NCBI GenBank assembly: GCA_002840305.1 | Contig: PHAI01000001.1 | Span: 229,463-293,462 of the forward strand | DNA: 64,000 bases | Origin: Candidatus Falkowbacteria bacterium HGW-Falkowbacteria-1 | GTDB taxonomy: Bacteria > Patescibacteriota > Patescibacteriia > Patescibacteriales > UBA12465 | Direction of reading: 5' to 3' | Part shown: piece after piece, positions 28,595 to 39,795 of the stretch | Layout of the letters: every line of letters begins with the position of its first letter | Position numbering within the stretch: the first letter of the stretch is position 1 | The notes under the pieces: generated by a model | The model's database searches: none | Seen by the model: only the letters and a program-made list of their open reading frames with translations | What the model was told of the DNA's origin: nothing | Made by a program: the position numbers and the translations under genes

Positions 28595-29701
28595 ATGAAA
28601 AAATTTAAGTTATTGCCAGTCTTATTTCTAACATTTTTCTTAGGTGCTTGTTCTTTGAATTTTAAGACAAGCGGAGTCGGTGTTATGGACGGAGGCGTTT
28701 TTGTTACTGGAAATAAGGGAGAGTCTTGGAAGCAGATGTCTTCTATTCCTTCTATCTCTGGTGCCCCAGGAAGTATTGCCAATTCCGATGTAAATAGCTT
28801 TACGATTGACCCAAGCGACAGTGCGGCTATTTATTTATCTAGTATTGGCGATGGTCTTTATTATACCTATAATGTGGGCAGGGGCTGGAATAAAGCTTTA
28901 TCGCTTCCAGGAAATATCACTGTTAATGATGTTGCCGTAGATAACAAAGATAAATGTGTTATTTTTGTGGCCATGGAAAACAAGTTGTATCGAAGTGATG
29001 ATTGTTCTAGAAATTTTTCTCAAGTTTATTATGACAATAATCAGGGAGTTGGTGTTATGGCCGTGGCCCTGGATCATTACAACCCAAAAATTGTTTACAT
29101 GGGTACGTCTCGTGGCGATATTTTAAGAAGTTTTGACGGAGGGGATACATGGAGGGCAATTCAGAGATTGAACGATAGTGTTAAAAAAATATTAATAAAT
29201 CCAAAAGATAGCAGATCCGTTTTTGTTGCTACTACTAAAAATGGTATATATCGTTTTAATTCAGCCGGTGGAGCAAGCTTGGAGCAGCTAGAGGAGTATA
29301 AGAATCAATTTGATAATACTAATTGGACAGACTATAACAAGGAATTAAAAGAATTTGCTTTGGGTGTAAATTTTAAGGATTTAGTTTATTCCTATAGTGA
29401 CAATTCATTGTTTTTAGCCACTGACAAGGTTATAGTTAGATCTTTTGATGAGGGGCAGAGCTGGATTAAAATTAGTCTGCTTACTCCTGAGAGTGATTCT
29501 TCTATAAATGCTATCGCCATTAATCCTCAGAATGCCGATGAAATATTTTATGTTACTGATACTAGTTTCTATCGTTCTTATGACGGAGGAAATACTTGGA
29601 GTGTTAAAAAACTACCGAGTACTAGGGCTGGCAGTTCATTGTTAATTGATTTTAATAATCCTAGTATTATTTATCTTGGTATTAAGAAAATTAAAAAATA
29701 A
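28595..29701 (+). CDS. Lipoprotein with BNR/Asp-box beta-propeller (YCF48/VPS10-like)
   Basis: Lipobox LGAC and repeated S.DGG.TW Asp-boxes. Confidence 0.85.
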   Translation: MKKFKLLPVLFLTFFLGACSLNFKTSGVGVMDGGVFVTGNKGESWKQMSSIPSISGAPGSIANSDVNSFTIDPSDSAAIYLSSIGDGLYYTYNVGRGWNKALSLPGNITVNDVAVDNKDKCVIFVAMENKLYRSDDCSRNFSQVYYDNNQGVGVMAVALDHYNPKIVYMGTSRGDILRSFDGGDTWRAIQRLNDSVKKILINPKDSRSVFVATTKNGIYRFNSAGGASLEQLEEYKNQFDNTNWTDYNKELKEFALGVNFKDLVYSYSDNSLFLATDKVIVRSFDEGQSWIKISLLTPESDSSINAIAINPQNADEIFYVTDTSFYRSYDGGNTWSVKKLPSTRAGSSLLIDFNNPSIIYLGIKKIKK

Positions 29702-29730
29702 ATAAACTTTATATTTTGATGAATTTTTTC

Positions 29731-29826
29731 GTCACCTCGACCGAGCGAAGCGAGCGGGGAGGTCTAAAAACATTGGACAATAGATTTCTCCATTCGCCAT
29801 CCGCAGGATGGCTCAGTCGAGATGAC
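29731..29826. repeat. REP-like palindromic element (paired arms)
   Basis: GTCACCTCGACCGAG...GGAGGTCT spacer AGATTTCTCC...CTCAGTCGAGATGAC. Same family as 61092-61385. Confidence 0.85.
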
Positions 29827-29878
29827 AAGAGCAGAGAGTTGGTAGTATTAAAAAGTATTTATAATTAATTTAAACTAT

Positions 29879-30433
29879 ATGAATATTTACATTCAAAACA
29901 AAAGGAATGAGCTTGATGGTTCTTTGGATTTTTTTAAGAAAGATTTATTAACTGTCAAGGTCGGAAGGGCTAATCCAGCTATGCTTGAAGGTGTCTTTGT
30001 CGAGGCTTATGGAGTTAAAAATCCTCTAAACGCCGTTTGTAATATCGCTGTTAGTGATTCTCGTAGCATGACGCTTACTCCCTGGGACAAAGCGGTAACA
30101 AAAAGCATAGAAAAGGGCATTATCGAAGCTAATCTGGGCGTAGGCGTATTAAATGATGGAGATAAAATTAGGATAAACATTCCCCAAATGACAGAAGAGA
30201 ACCGCAAGGAGGCGGTTAAAAAAGTAAACGAAAAGCAAGAAAAAGCTAGAGTTTCTATTCGTCAAATTAGAGATGAGATAAAATCAAGCATTGAAGAAGC
30301 CTTTGACTCTAAAGAAATCGGAGAAGATGATAAATTCCGCTTTATCAAGGATTTAGACGAAGAAGTTGAGAGAATAAATAGTGAAATAAAAGAAATGAGG
30401 GACAGAAAAGAAGTTGAGATAATGGAAATTTAA
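29879..30433 (+). CDS. frr: Ribosome recycling factor
   Basis: GRANP, VEAYG, PWDK, P.MTEENRKE and RVSIRQIR. Confidence 0.96.
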   Translation: MNIYIQNKRNELDGSLDFFKKDLLTVKVGRANPAMLEGVFVEAYGVKNPLNAVCNIAVSDSRSMTLTPWDKAVTKSIEKGIIEANLGVGVLNDGDKIRINIPQMTEENRKEAVKKVNEKQEKARVSIRQIRDEIKSSIEEAFDSKEIGEDDKFRFIKDLDEEVERINSEIKEMRDRKEVEIMEI

Positions 30434-30455
30434 TTTTTGATTTTAAAATTTTTTT

Positions 30456-31592
30456 ATGATTATAACTATTTTAATTTTTGTAGCGGTTCTTTCTTTGTTG
30501 GTTTTTTTTCATGAAGCTGGTCATTTTTTTGCTGCTCGAAAATTAGGAATAAAAGTTGACGAATTCGGTCTTGGCTTTCCTCCTAGATTTTTTTGTTTTT
30601 ATAAGAGTGCCCCTAAAAAATGGAAGATTAAATTTGGGAGAAAAAAAATAGAGGACAATATAGATGTTATTTATTCTATAAATTCTATTCCTATCGGTGG
30701 CTTTGTAAAGATAAAGGGCGAAAATGGGCAAGATGCTCAAGATAGTGATAGTTTTGCTGCTCAGAAAACTTGGAAGAGAGCTATAGTAATATCGGCCGGT
30801 GTTTTCATGAATATTGTCTTGGCCTGGATTTTGATATCGATTGGCTTGATGTTTGGTTCTTATCAATCGTTAACAGATCAAAGTGTTTTATCAAAAAATG
30901 TAAAAACATCAGAAGAAAGAGTCAGGGTTTTCCAAATTTCAGAAAATTCTCCCGCCGCCGAAGCTGGTTTGAAGATGTCTGATGCTATATTAAAAGTAAA
31001 TGGAGTGTCAGTGGCCTCTGAAAGTGATGTGCAGAATTTTATTAATGAATCGGGCGACGAAGCAGTTGTGACCATTGAAAGACTTGGAGAAACAAAAGAA
31101 TTGGTCATTAAACCAGAGTTTAACGAAGAGCTAAACAGAAAAACGATTGGAATTGCTATTTCCTATACAGCTTTTATTAAATATCCTTGGTATTTGGCTC
31201 TTGTAGAAGGAGTTAAGGTGACCGGACAATTTCTTTGGCTAATTATTTATACCTTTTTTGACTTTTTGAAAGGTCTTGTTGTTGGTCAGCCAGTATCTGT
31301 TGAAGTCGCTGGGCCAGTTGGCATAGCTAATTTAACTGGGCAAATGGCTAGAATGGGCTTTATTTACTTGATTCAGTTTACGGCTCTTCTGTCTTTGAAT
31401 TTAGCGGTTATCAATTTTTTACCTTTTCCAGCCTTGGATGGAGGTAGACTAGTTTTTTTATTGATTGAAAAAATAAAAGGTAGCCCAGTTAAGCAAGAAG
31501 TTGAAGCTGTTTTTCATAATGTTGGTTTTCTGTTATTAATGCTTTTGATAGTTTGGGTGACATTTAAAGACATAGTTGGTTTGTTTAATTAA
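30456..31592 (+). CDS. rseP: RIP metalloprotease RseP (M50, PDZ)
   Basis: HEAGH, IPIGGFVKI, AGVFMN, a PDZ domain and NFLPFPALDGGR. Confidence 0.95.
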   Translation: MIITILIFVAVLSLLVFFHEAGHFFAARKLGIKVDEFGLGFPPRFFCFYKSAPKKWKIKFGRKKIEDNIDVIYSINSIPIGGFVKIKGENGQDAQDSDSFAAQKTWKRAIVISAGVFMNIVLAWILISIGLMFGSYQSLTDQSVLSKNVKTSEERVRVFQISENSPAAEAGLKMSDAILKVNGVSVASESDVQNFINESGDEAVVTIERLGETKELVIKPEFNEELNRKTIGIAISYTAFIKYPWYLALVEGVKVTGQFLWLIIYTFFDFLKGLVVGQPVSVEVAGPVGIANLTGQMARMGFIYLIQFTALLSLNLAVINFLPFPALDGGRLVFLLIEKIKGSPVKQEVEAVFHNVGFLLLMLLIVWVTFKDIVGLFN

Positions 31593-31686
31593 AGTATTTT
31601 TTTGTTATTTTTGTTTTTTTTGTGGTTTTCAATGCGATAACGGCAAAATAAAATAAATATAAATTTAATAATTAAATTTAAAGAAT

Positions 31687-32010
31687 ATGAAAGTCCAAAT
31701 CAAAACAACAAAAATAGAATTAAGTGGAGAGTTGAAAATGTATACAGAAAAGAAGATGGGTATGCTAGAAAAGTATTTGGGAGATGTGCCCGTTTCTAAT
31801 TGTGACGTAGAGATTGAGCATGTTCTAAACAAACAAAGTTCCGGAAAAGTTTATAGAGCGGAAACCAATTTGTTTTTACCAGGGGAAATATTAAGAGTTG
31901 AGAAAACAGAAGAAACAATAATTAAGGCGATTGATAAAGTTAAAGATCATTTGGTGCTAATGATTAAGAGGTATAAAGAAAAAAAACAAGATAAAAAAAG
32001 AAGAAAATAA
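31687..32010 (+). CDS. raiA: Ribosome hibernation factor HPF/RaiA
   Basis: 107-aa S30AE-like pattern (MKVQIKT..IELS...AID....L...I.RYKEK), upstream of secA. Confidence 0.85.
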   Translation: MKVQIKTTKIELSGELKMYTEKKMGMLEKYLGDVPVSNCDVEIEHVLNKQSSGKVYRAETNLFLPGEILRVEKTEETIIKAIDKVKDHLVLMIKRYKEKKQDKKRRK

Positions 32011-32028
32011 ATTTTAAATTAAAATAAT

Positions 32029-34788
32029 ATGGGATTTTGGGATAAAGTATTTGGAGATCCGAATGAAAAGATTGTTAAATCTTTACAGCCGATTGTCGAT
32101 AAAATAAACTCACTCGAAGATCAGTTTAAAAAGAAAAGCGACGAAGAGCTCAAAAATTTTACATTAGAAGCTAGAAGTCGTTTGGGAGTTTCTTTTGAAG
32201 TGAAGGACGGTCCTAGCTTTGAGGAACAACAAAAAAAATTAGATGAAATATTACCAGAAGCTTTTGCTGCTATTAGGGAAGCATCTTCTAGGGTTTTAGG
32301 GCAGAGACATTATGATGTTCAATTAATTGGAGGTATTGTTTTACATCGCGGGCAAATAGCCGAAATGAAAACTGGTGAAGGTAAAACCTTAGTTGCTACC
32401 TTGCCTTTGTATTTAAACGCCCTTTTAGGAAAGGGCGTGCACTTAGTTACTGTTAACGATTATTTGTCTAGAGTTGGTGCCGGCTGGATGGCCCCAGTTT
32501 ATCATTTTTTAGGAATTACAACTGGCGTCATTGTTCATGACGCTGCTTTTGTTTACGATCCAACTTTTAATGATGAAAATGAATTTGATCCGAGACTAAA
32601 ATCATTTAGAAAAGTTAGTCGTCAAGAAGCATATAAGTGTGACGTTACTTATGGAACAAATAATGAATTTGGTTTTGATTATCTAAAAGACAATATGGTC
32701 TCCAACTTGGGCCAAATGGTTCAAAGGGATTTTTATTATTCTATAGTTGATGAAGTCGATTCTATCTTGATTGATGAAGCCAGAACTCCGCTTATTATTA
32801 GCGCTCCGGCCGAGGAGTCGAATGATAGATATTTTAGATTTGCCGAATTAGTAAAAAGACTTAAAGAGGGTGAGGATTATAATATTGATGAAAAAATGAG
32901 GGCGTCTACTTTAACCGAGGAGGGAATAGCCAAAATGGAAAAATTTTTAGGAGTTGAAAATATTTATGTCGCTGGAGGAGTAAAAGATGTTCATAATATC
33001 GAGCAAGCATTAAAGGCTCAGGTTCTTTTTAAAAAAGACAAGGACTATGTAATTAAAGACGGTGAAATTTTGATAGTTGATGAATTTACTGGTCGTTTAA
33101 TGCCGGGACGTCGTTATAGCGAAGGATTACATCAAGCCATTGAAGCTAAAGAGGGCGTGGTTGTTCAAAGAGAGTCCCAAACCTTGGCTACTATTACTTT
33201 TCAAAATTACTTTAGAATGTACCCAAAATTAGCCGGTATGACTGGAACAGCGGTAACTGAAGCTGAGGAGTTCTATAAGATTTATAAATTGGAAACAATA
33301 ATTATTCCAACCAATAGATCAAATATTAGAAAGGACTATCATGATTTAATTTACAGAACAAAGGATGGCAAGTTTATGGCTGTTATCAAAGAGGTAAAAG
33401 AAAAAATTCAAACCGGACAACCAGTTCTAATTGGTACTGTATCGATTGAGGATAACGAGCTTTTGGGATCTATGATGGAGAGAGAAGGCCTTACTCCTAA
33501 TATTTTAAATGCCAAAAACCACTTTAGGGAAGCTGAAATTATATCTCAGGCTGGAAAACTAGGCTCGATAACTATCGCCACCAACATGGCTGGTCGTGGA
33601 GTTGATATTATTTTAGGGGGCAATCCGCCCGTTGAAGGAGAGCACAAAAAAGTAAAAGAGTTGGGAGGACTTCATGTTATTGGTACCGAGCGTCATGAGT
33701 CTCGTCGTATTGATAATCAGCTTCGTGGTCGCGCAGGTAGACAAGGCGACCCTGGATCAAGCCAATTTTACATCTCGGCCGATGATGACTTGATGAGAAT
33801 TTTTGGTGGTGACAGATTAAAAGGCGTCATGAATACTTTAAAATTACCAGAAGATATGCCGATTCAAAATAAATTGGTTTCCAATTCAATTGAATCAGCT
33901 CAGAAAAGAGTTGAAGGCAATAACTTTGACATGCGTAAACACGTAGTTGAATATGACGATGTTATTAATAAGCATAGAGAAGCAATCTACAAGAGACGTC
34001 GTGAAATTTTAAATATTTACGAAAATATAAAGAGCAATAAAGAAGACAAGTCAGATTCTTCGGAAGAAAAAAGTTTATCTAATATTGTTTTGGAAATGGT
34101 AGAGGATGAAATTTTCCAAACTATAAATTTCCATACAGCCTCTGACAATGTTAAAGAGTGGAACTTACAAGAAATTTATGAGGTTGTTAATACAATTTTT
34201 TCTTTGAGCGGAGAACAAAAAGATAAAATTTTATCTTATAAAAATAGAACGGAAGTCAAAGAAATTCTTCGTCAAGAACTGAATGATTATTTAGTTGAGT
34301 TGGCTAGAAAAAATTATCAAGAAATGGCAGAGGGATTCAGTGGTTTGGATATTAATTTTATCGAAATCGAAAAAGGAATTTTACTTCGTTCGGTTGATAA
34401 CTTATGGATTGAACACCTAGAGACAATTGATTATCTCCGTCGTGGAATAGGACTCCGTGGTTATGGACAAAGAGATCCGTTAGTGGAATATAAAAAAGAG
34501 GCCTATCAAATGTATCAAGATCTTTTAGGCTTGATTCAAAAACAGGTGGCCTATTCAATATATAAAACTGGTGATGTTAGCAATTTTATTGCTCCAAGCA
34601 TTATGGAGAGAGCTAGCAGATTTTCTGCTCCAGCTAAAGAAATGGCCAAAAGAACTGGTTCCGATAATTCTGGCACAATAGACTTAGTTAAGGACAAAAC
34701 CAAGGATGAAGAAGGGAACAAGGTTGGTCGCAATGATCTTTGCCCCTGTGGTAGTGGGAAAAAGTATAAAAAATGTTGTGGAGCGTAA
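32029..34788 (+). CDS. secA: Preprotein translocase subunit SecA
   Basis: EMKTGEGKT, DEVDSILIDEARTPLIIS, IATNMAGRG, RRIDNQLRGR and the C-terminal SEC-C motif GRNDLCPCGSGKKYKKCC. Confidence 0.99.
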   Translation: MGFWDKVFGDPNEKIVKSLQPIVDKINSLEDQFKKKSDEELKNFTLEARSRLGVSFEVKDGPSFEEQQKKLDEILPEAFAAIREASSRVLGQRHYDVQLIGGIVLHRGQIAEMKTGEGKTLVATLPLYLNALLGKGVHLVTVNDYLSRVGAGWMAPVYHFLGITTGVIVHDAAFVYDPTFNDENEFDPRLKSFRKVSRQEAYKCDVTYGTNNEFGFDYLKDNMVSNLGQMVQRDFYYSIVDEVDSILIDEARTPLIISAPAEESNDRYFRFAELVKRLKEGEDYNIDEKMRASTLTEEGIAKMEKFLGVENIYVAGGVKDVHNIEQALKAQVLFKKDKDYVIKDGEILIVDEFTGRLMPGRRYSEGLHQAIEAKEGVVVQRESQTLATITFQNYFRMYPKLAGMTGTAVTEAEEFYKIYKLETIIIPTNRSNIRKDYHDLIYRTKDGKFMAVIKEVKEKIQTGQPVLIGTVSIEDNELLGSMMEREGLTPNILNAKNHFREAEIISQAGKLGSITIATNMAGRGVDIILGGNPPVEGEHKKVKELGGLHVIGTERHESRRIDNQLRGRAGRQGDPGSSQFYISADDDLMRIFGGDRLKGVMNTLKLPEDMPIQNKLVSNSIESAQKRVEGNNFDMRKHVVEYDDVINKHREAIYKRRREILNIYENIKSNKEDKSDSSEEKSLSNIVLEMVEDEIFQTINFHTASDNVKEWNLQEIYEVVNTIFSLSGEQKDKILSYKNRTEVKEILRQELNDYLVELARKNYQEMAEGFSGLDINFIEIEKGILLRSVDNLWIEHLETIDYLRRGIGLRGYGQRDPLVEYKKEAYQMYQDLLGLIQKQVAYSIYKTGDVSNFIAPSIMERASRFSAPAKEMAKRTGSDNSGTIDLVKDKTKDEEGNKVGRNDLCPCGSGKKYKKCCGA

Positions 34789-34848
34789 AAGCGCTACGCG
34801 CTCACGTTCCAAGGGTCGTAAATTGAGTCAATATTCAATAATATCTTT

Positions 34849-35979
34849 ATGGAAAATATTGAAAAAATAAAAAAAATTGAAAAAGATCCAACATATTTAT
34901 CAGAAAGACTAAAGGACATGGGAGTTGATGATTATGTCCTGAATAAGTATAAGGACTTAATAGAGAATATTGAGTTTATCAATATAAACTTAGATTCTCA
35001 TGCTGGCAAAGTTCATTTAAAAATGGTGGGCGCTCTTTTTAGTAGAATGGAAAATGATAAAACTTTTTTGAAAAATATTATTAAAAATGTTGAATTAGAG
35101 GAGGTGGGAAAAATTGATGTTAGTGATTATTCTTCTGGGGAAGATGCTGATAGCGAAGAACTTTTTGCTTTAACTGGCATGGCCGCTGAAAATATAGATT
35201 TAGATATTGGAACCAATAGAAGGGTAAATAAGGTAGATTGTTATCTTAAAAGTGGCAATTGCATTTCTTTTACTTTATCAGCCGATCTTCATAGGGTGGG
35301 GGATGAGGAGAGTAATTCAAGTCAGGAAAAAAGCGTTTTTGAGTCTGATTTTGGCCAAGAAAACCCAGTTTTACAAAAATATTATGGTTATTTCAAAAAA
35401 GATTTTGATGGTCAAGACAGTAGATTTATTGCCAAGGAGTATCTCCCGGGCAAAAATATAAGTCATTATTTAAATGGTCTTTCCAATAACGACGAATCTT
35501 TATTGGATATATCCGATCTTTCTTCTGACTTAGCTTATTCGATGGCTTATTTATATAAAAAGGGCAACGGAGAGCTTGTCTCTGATTTGAAATTGGAAAA
35601 TATTATATATAATTATGAAGATTCGAATGAAGTGGAATATTCTTGTCGAGTCTGTGATAATTCTGGTTTTTATTCTGAAAATCAAAAAAGAAAAAGTGCT
35701 TATCAAATTTTAGCTCATTTGCAAAGTTTATTGAGCATCTTCAATAATAAAAAAATGTTATTCTTGAGAGATAACAAGAATGTTGAGATCGAGACCAAGC
35801 AAGAGGACGTTATTAATGCTTATTTAGATTCGTTTCTGGAAAATTTAGATGCAGGATCCATGGCCGTGTTTAAAAATAATATAAAGGATATTTTAAACAA
35901 CCCAAGCGATAAAGATATTTTTGAAATAGATAAAGATATTTTAGAATATGCTAGCGATTATTTAGATTTTTTCAAATAA
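34849..35979 (+). CDS. Hypothetical protein with protein-kinase-like motifs
   Basis: IAKEYLPG hinge-like motif, DLKLENI catalytic loop and RVCD metal-binding position. Confidence 0.6.
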   Translation: MENIEKIKKIEKDPTYLSERLKDMGVDDYVLNKYKDLIENIEFININLDSHAGKVHLKMVGALFSRMENDKTFLKNIIKNVELEEVGKIDVSDYSSGEDADSEELFALTGMAAENIDLDIGTNRRVNKVDCYLKSGNCISFTLSADLHRVGDEESNSSQEKSVFESDFGQENPVLQKYYGYFKKDFDGQDSRFIAKEYLPGKNISHYLNGLSNNDESLLDISDLSSDLAYSMAYLYKKGNGELVSDLKLENIIYNYEDSNEVEYSCRVCDNSGFYSENQKRKSAYQILAHLQSLLSIFNNKKMLFLRDNKNVEIETKQEDVINAYLDSFLENLDAGSMAVFKNNIKDILNNPSDKDIFEIDKDILEYASDYLDFFK

Positions 35980-36001
35980 AAATATAATTAAAGTTATTTT
36001 T

Positions 36002-38584
36002 ATGATTTCTAATACAAAAAAAAGAGGTTTTACTCTCATTGAACTCCTGGTGGTAATAGCTATTATCGGAATACTCGCAACGCTTGCCGTAGTAGCCTTG
36101 CAACAAGCAAGGCAAAACGCTAGAGATAGCAAAAGGATTGCAGACATGAAGCAGGTTCAAACCGCTTTAGAACTATTCTTTAATGAAAATGGAAGATATC
36201 CTACTACTGAAGAATGGAACAGCGGAGCTATTATTTCATCTTCTTCTCAGGAGGTGTTTATGTATAATATTCCTTCCGCCCCTACTCCAGCTGATGGAGA
36301 CTGTCTATCTGCTTCTAATACTTATACTTATATACCTCAAAACAATGGAGCTAGCTATACCATAGATTTCTGTACCGGCAAACAAGTTTCCGGCCTACCA
36401 GGTGGAGCCAAGCAAATGACTCCGGGCGGAATAATCTTCGCTGGTGGTGTCCCCGATGGAGGAGAGGCAGTTTGTGAACCTGCTTGTGGCGATGGTTATG
36501 ATTGCGTTGACGGTTCTTGCATTTTAGCTGGTAGCGATATTTACCACGTTGCAACGGTTGTTGATAATTCTATACCATATTTAAAGAACTCTTTTAATAT
36601 TGGTATGAGTGGAAATTATATTTTTGTTACAGATGATCGTAATCATTTTGAAACTTTAAATGCCTCTAATCCAGGAAGTCCAGTCCACAGCAGTTTATTG
36701 AGTGGTTTGTATTCTCCTAGAACCATATTTGTTGCTGATAATTTTGCTTATGTTCTCGGCAGTAATGGTTTGATAATTGTTGATATTTCTAACCCAGCTA
36801 ATCCAGTACAAAGAGGTACAGCTAATTTGGGTAATTTGGGTAATCCTAATGCTAAATTTTATGTTTCTGGTGATTATGTTTATAGTGTTGTTGATCAATA
36901 TTTTACCATCGCTGACATTTCTGATCCCGATAATCCATCTTTTGTAGCTGAATTCAGCAGATACTATGATTTTAATCCTATACCAGTACTTGCTCAGCCC
37001 CAAGGAATAATTGTTAGCGGTAGTTATGCCTATGTTGTAAATAGTGGCTATAATCCAGGGTCTGGTATCTATAACGCCTTAGAGGTTTTTGATGTTTCTA
37101 ATCCCTTGGACATTTCTCTTGTAACCAGAATTGTTAGCGGTGATGCTGGCGGGGCCGTAGTTGACGTTCCTACTAACTTAAACATTTATGGTAATTATTT
37201 ATATTTTGTTAATACTAATTATTATGCCACCGGTGATGAAGATTTGTCTTTGGAAATTATTAATATTTCTAATCCAGCATCGCCTGCCCATGTTACAAAT
37301 TTTGATTTAAATAGTACGGAGTTTCCAGTTGGCATGAAAATAGCGAGCAATAAGGCTTATATAGTCTCGGTTGATTATCTTCCTCAAGATCAACCCGGAA
37401 CGGTAACTATTGTTGATATAAGCAATGTTAGTAGCCCGGTTAAATTAGATGAAATAAGTAACGGTGAGGATGGCTCTGAAATTTTTCCTACTAGTGGAAT
37501 AGAAATTTCTGGCAATTACGCTTATATTAGTAATTCTAATTCTTCAATGGAGATTCTTAATATTTCCAACCCCTTACAAATTGAACACCATGGTATTATA
37601 CGGCACGGACAGAGTGGAACATTATTAGAATATCCAGCTGTGGTTTTTTCTTCTGGTGATGACGTTTATGTTGGTAGCGACAGGGGTCTGCAAATATTTA
37701 ATACTTCTAATAAAAGTAATCCAATTTCTGTTGGTAATATAGTCGATGGCGCTGCTGGCGCCAAGCTTAATTCCCCCTATGGTATAGATGTTGTTGGTAA
37801 TTATGCTTATATAGCTTCATATCAAAGTGATGCCTTAGAAATAGTTGATATTACCAATAAAGCCAATCCGGTTCATAAAGGTTATTTGGCTAATTTATCA
37901 GGTGGCGCTAAACTTGATGGTCCATATTCTGTAAAAGTAAAAGATAATTATGCCTATCTTGTTAGCTACTATGATAATGCCATGGAGGTGGTTAATGTTT
38001 CTGACCCAGCAAATCCAGTACATACATCAAGTATGATCAATAATTACTCAACTATAAATATTTATCGTCCTTATTCTATCTTTGTTTCTGGTGATTATGC
38101 ATATGTGGCCGGGATTAATGGTTTACAAATAATAGATATATCCAATCCAGCTTCGCCAATCGCTAAAGATAGTTTTTTAGATGGTGATGATGGCATTTCC
38201 TTTGAATCTTGGTCTGTTTTTGTCAGGGGTGATTATGCCTATATTGCTAGCTACTGGCCAGGCAAGATGGTTGTTTTTAATATTTCCGATCCAAACAATA
38301 TTGTTTTTGTTGGCGAGCTGGAACATGGAACGGGGGATACTAATTTAGAGTGTGCTAATAACATCTACGTTTCTAACGACTATGCTTATATAACTAATGA
38401 CTGTGATTATGCCTTGGAAGTTATTGATATATCTAATCCGTTAATGCCAGTACATGCCGCTAAAATAGACAACTCTACCGGAGCTGAATTTGAAGGACCA
38501 ATATCTGTTTCGGTTGCCAACGGATACGCTTTTATAGCTAGTAATTATAATAATATTTTTGAAGTGATAAAAGTCCCTAATTAA
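36002..38584 (+). CDS. Type IV pilin (GspG-like head) fused to an LVIVD-repeat beta-propeller
   Basis: [28 protein letters not shown]...ALELF...GRYP, a Cys-rich linker, and many (G.YAY...L.I.DISNP..P) repeats. Confidence 0.92.
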   Translation: MISNTKKRGFTLIELLVVIAIIGILATLAVVALQQARQNARDSKRIADMKQVQTALELFFNENGRYPTTEEWNSGAIISSSSQEVFMYNIPSAPTPADGDCLSASNTYTYIPQNNGASYTIDFCTGKQVSGLPGGAKQMTPGGIIFAGGVPDGGEAVCEPACGDGYDCVDGSCILAGSDIYHVATVVDNSIPYLKNSFNIGMSGNYIFVTDDRNHFETLNASNPGSPVHSSLLSGLYSPRTIFVADNFAYVLGSNGLIIVDISNPANPVQRGTANLGNLGNPNAKFYVSGDYVYSVVDQYFTIADISDPDNPSFVAEFSRYYDFNPIPVLAQPQGIIVSGSYAYVVNSGYNPGSGIYNALEVFDVSNPLDISLVTRIVSGDAGGAVVDVPTNLNIYGNYLYFVNTNYYATGDEDLSLEIINISNPASPAHVTNFDLNSTEFPVGMKIASNKAYIVSVDYLPQDQPGTVTIVDISNVSSPVKLDEISNGEDGSEIFPTSGIEISGNYAYISNSNSSMEILNISNPLQIEHHGIIRHGQSGTLLEYPAVVFSSGDDVYVGSDRGLQIFNTSNKSNPISVGNIVDGAAGAKLNSPYGIDVVGNYAYIASYQSDALEIVDITNKANPVHKGYLANLSGGAKLDGPYSVKVKDNYAYLVSYYDNAMEVVNVSDPANPVHTSSMINNYSTINIYRPYSIFVSGDYAYVAGINGLQIIDISNPASPIAKDSFLDGDDGISFESWSVFVRGDYAYIASYWPGKMVVFNISDPNNIVFVGELEHGTGDTNLECANNIYVSNDYAYITNDCDYALEVIDISNPLMPVHAAKIDNSTGAEFEGPISVSVANGYAFIASNYNNIFEVIKVPN

Positions 38585-38595
38585 TTTATAAAAAT

Positions 38596-39042
38596 ATGGA
38601 ACAAACAAAAAAACTTTATAGATCTAAAAGTGATCGAATAATATTTGGTGTTTGCGGTGGAATGGCTAAGTATTTTGATATCGATCCAATAATGATTCGC
38701 CTTGTTTTTGTGGTGTTAACTATTGGTGCTGGTTCGGGAGTTTTAATTTATTTAATTTGTGCCTTAATAATACCGTCCGAAGATGAGGTGGTGATAGTGG
38801 GCGAGAAAAAAGAGGTGGACAGTAAAGCCGAAGAATTTATAAATGAAATTGGTAAAAAAGTTAATAATTTAAGTTCGGAAGTCAAAAAGAACGATTGGCG
38901 CTTTTTTATTGGTTTATTATTGGTACTTGTAGGGCTTAGTTCTTTGTTTGCTAGTTTTATTCCCTTCAGGCAGATTTTTATATTTTTTTGGCCGCTTTTG
39001 ATAATTTTTGTCGGTCTAGTTGTTTTATTTAAGAAAAAATAG
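38596..39042 (+). CDS. pspC: PspC domain membrane protein
   Basis: KKLYRS..DR.IFGVCGG.AKYF.IDP...R plus a C-terminal LiaI/LiaF-like TM pair. Confidence 0.88.
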   Translation: MEQTKKLYRSKSDRIIFGVCGGMAKYFDIDPIMIRLVFVVLTIGAGSGVLIYLICALIIPSEDEVVIVGEKKEVDSKAEEFINEIGKKVNNLSSEVKKNDWRFFIGLLLVLVGLSSLFASFIPFRQIFIFFWPLLIIFVGLVVLFKKK

Positions 39043-39117
39043 TTCTATTAATATTAAATTTGCTATCATTTTTAGATTTTAGCCAGTGAGAGCTTTTTCT
39101 AGAATTGATTTTAAAAT

Positions 39118-39777
39118 ATGGAAAACAACAAAGAGGAAAAAAAGATTAAAGATGAAAAGAAACCTAGTCATGATGAAACCATTAATGAAATGAACAATTT
39201 TGAACATGACAGCAATTGTGATTGTGGCGATGATTGTGATTGTGGCGATGATTGTGATTGTTTCGACAACAAAAATGAGAAAAAAAACAAAAACAAGCGC
39301 AGAGATAAGGACGGCGATCATACTAAAATATTTTTTGGTCTGCTAATAGTTCTTTTTGGTCTTTTTCACTTGGGTAAAAACTTAAATCTTTGGGATATAA
39401 ATTTTGATTGGGTTTTTATTTGGCCAGTTTTGATTGTTGTTGTTGGTTTACTGGTTATGGGAAGCAGACTTATTTTGAAGTGGCTGATTGCTTTAGCGAC
39501 TATTTTTGTAATAGTGATTTTGGTTTCTACGTTACTTTTTTACGCTAGAGATAATAAAAAAATGGAAAAAGATTTTTCTTATGCTCCTGAAAGAAGTGTC
39601 CAGTTTTTCGATTCTTACAAGATGATGTTCAACGATAAACAAAAAGATGTTTATTTCTCTGGTAACTTGAACAGAGCAGAAGTCGAACTTCGTATTAGTG
39701 AAATTTTGAATAATATTTATGGTGAAAATTATAGAGATAGAATGAACATTGATGTCAGCATCGGAAACGAAAAATAA
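39118..39777 (+). CDS. LiaF/DUF5668-like membrane protein with Cys/Asp-rich N-terminus
   Basis: FFGLLIVLFG...WPVLIVVVGL TM motif and CDCGDDCDCGDDCDC. Confidence 0.7.
   Translation: MENNKEEKKIKDEKKPSHDETINEMNNFEHDSNCDCGDDCDCGDDCDCFDNKNEKKNKNKRRDKDGDHTKIFFGLLIVLFGLFHLGKNLNLWDINFDWVFIWPVLIVVVGLLVMGSRLILKWLIALATIFVIVILVSTLLFYARDNKKMEKDFSYAPERSVQFFDSYKMMFNDKQKDVYFSGNLNRAEVELRISEILNNIYGENYRDRMNIDVSIGNEK
39215..39261 (+). repeat. 18-bp coding tandem repeat (about 2.6 copies)
   Basis: ATTGTGATTGTGGCGATG twice plus a partial copy. Confidence 0.85.
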
Positions 39778-39795
39778 AGAAAGAATCGATTAATT

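Noticed and set aside
34790..34820. AGCGCTACGCGCT hairpin and GTTCCAA after secA as another att scar
   Set aside because: No tRNA acceptor-stem copy follows, and the short match is likely chance.
35962..36160. Short antisense ORFs over the pilin N-terminus (likewise 55429-55794) and other nested antisense ORFs in the track
   Set aside because: They overlap well-supported genes on the other strand, and their mutual similarity merely mirrors the conserved pilin head.
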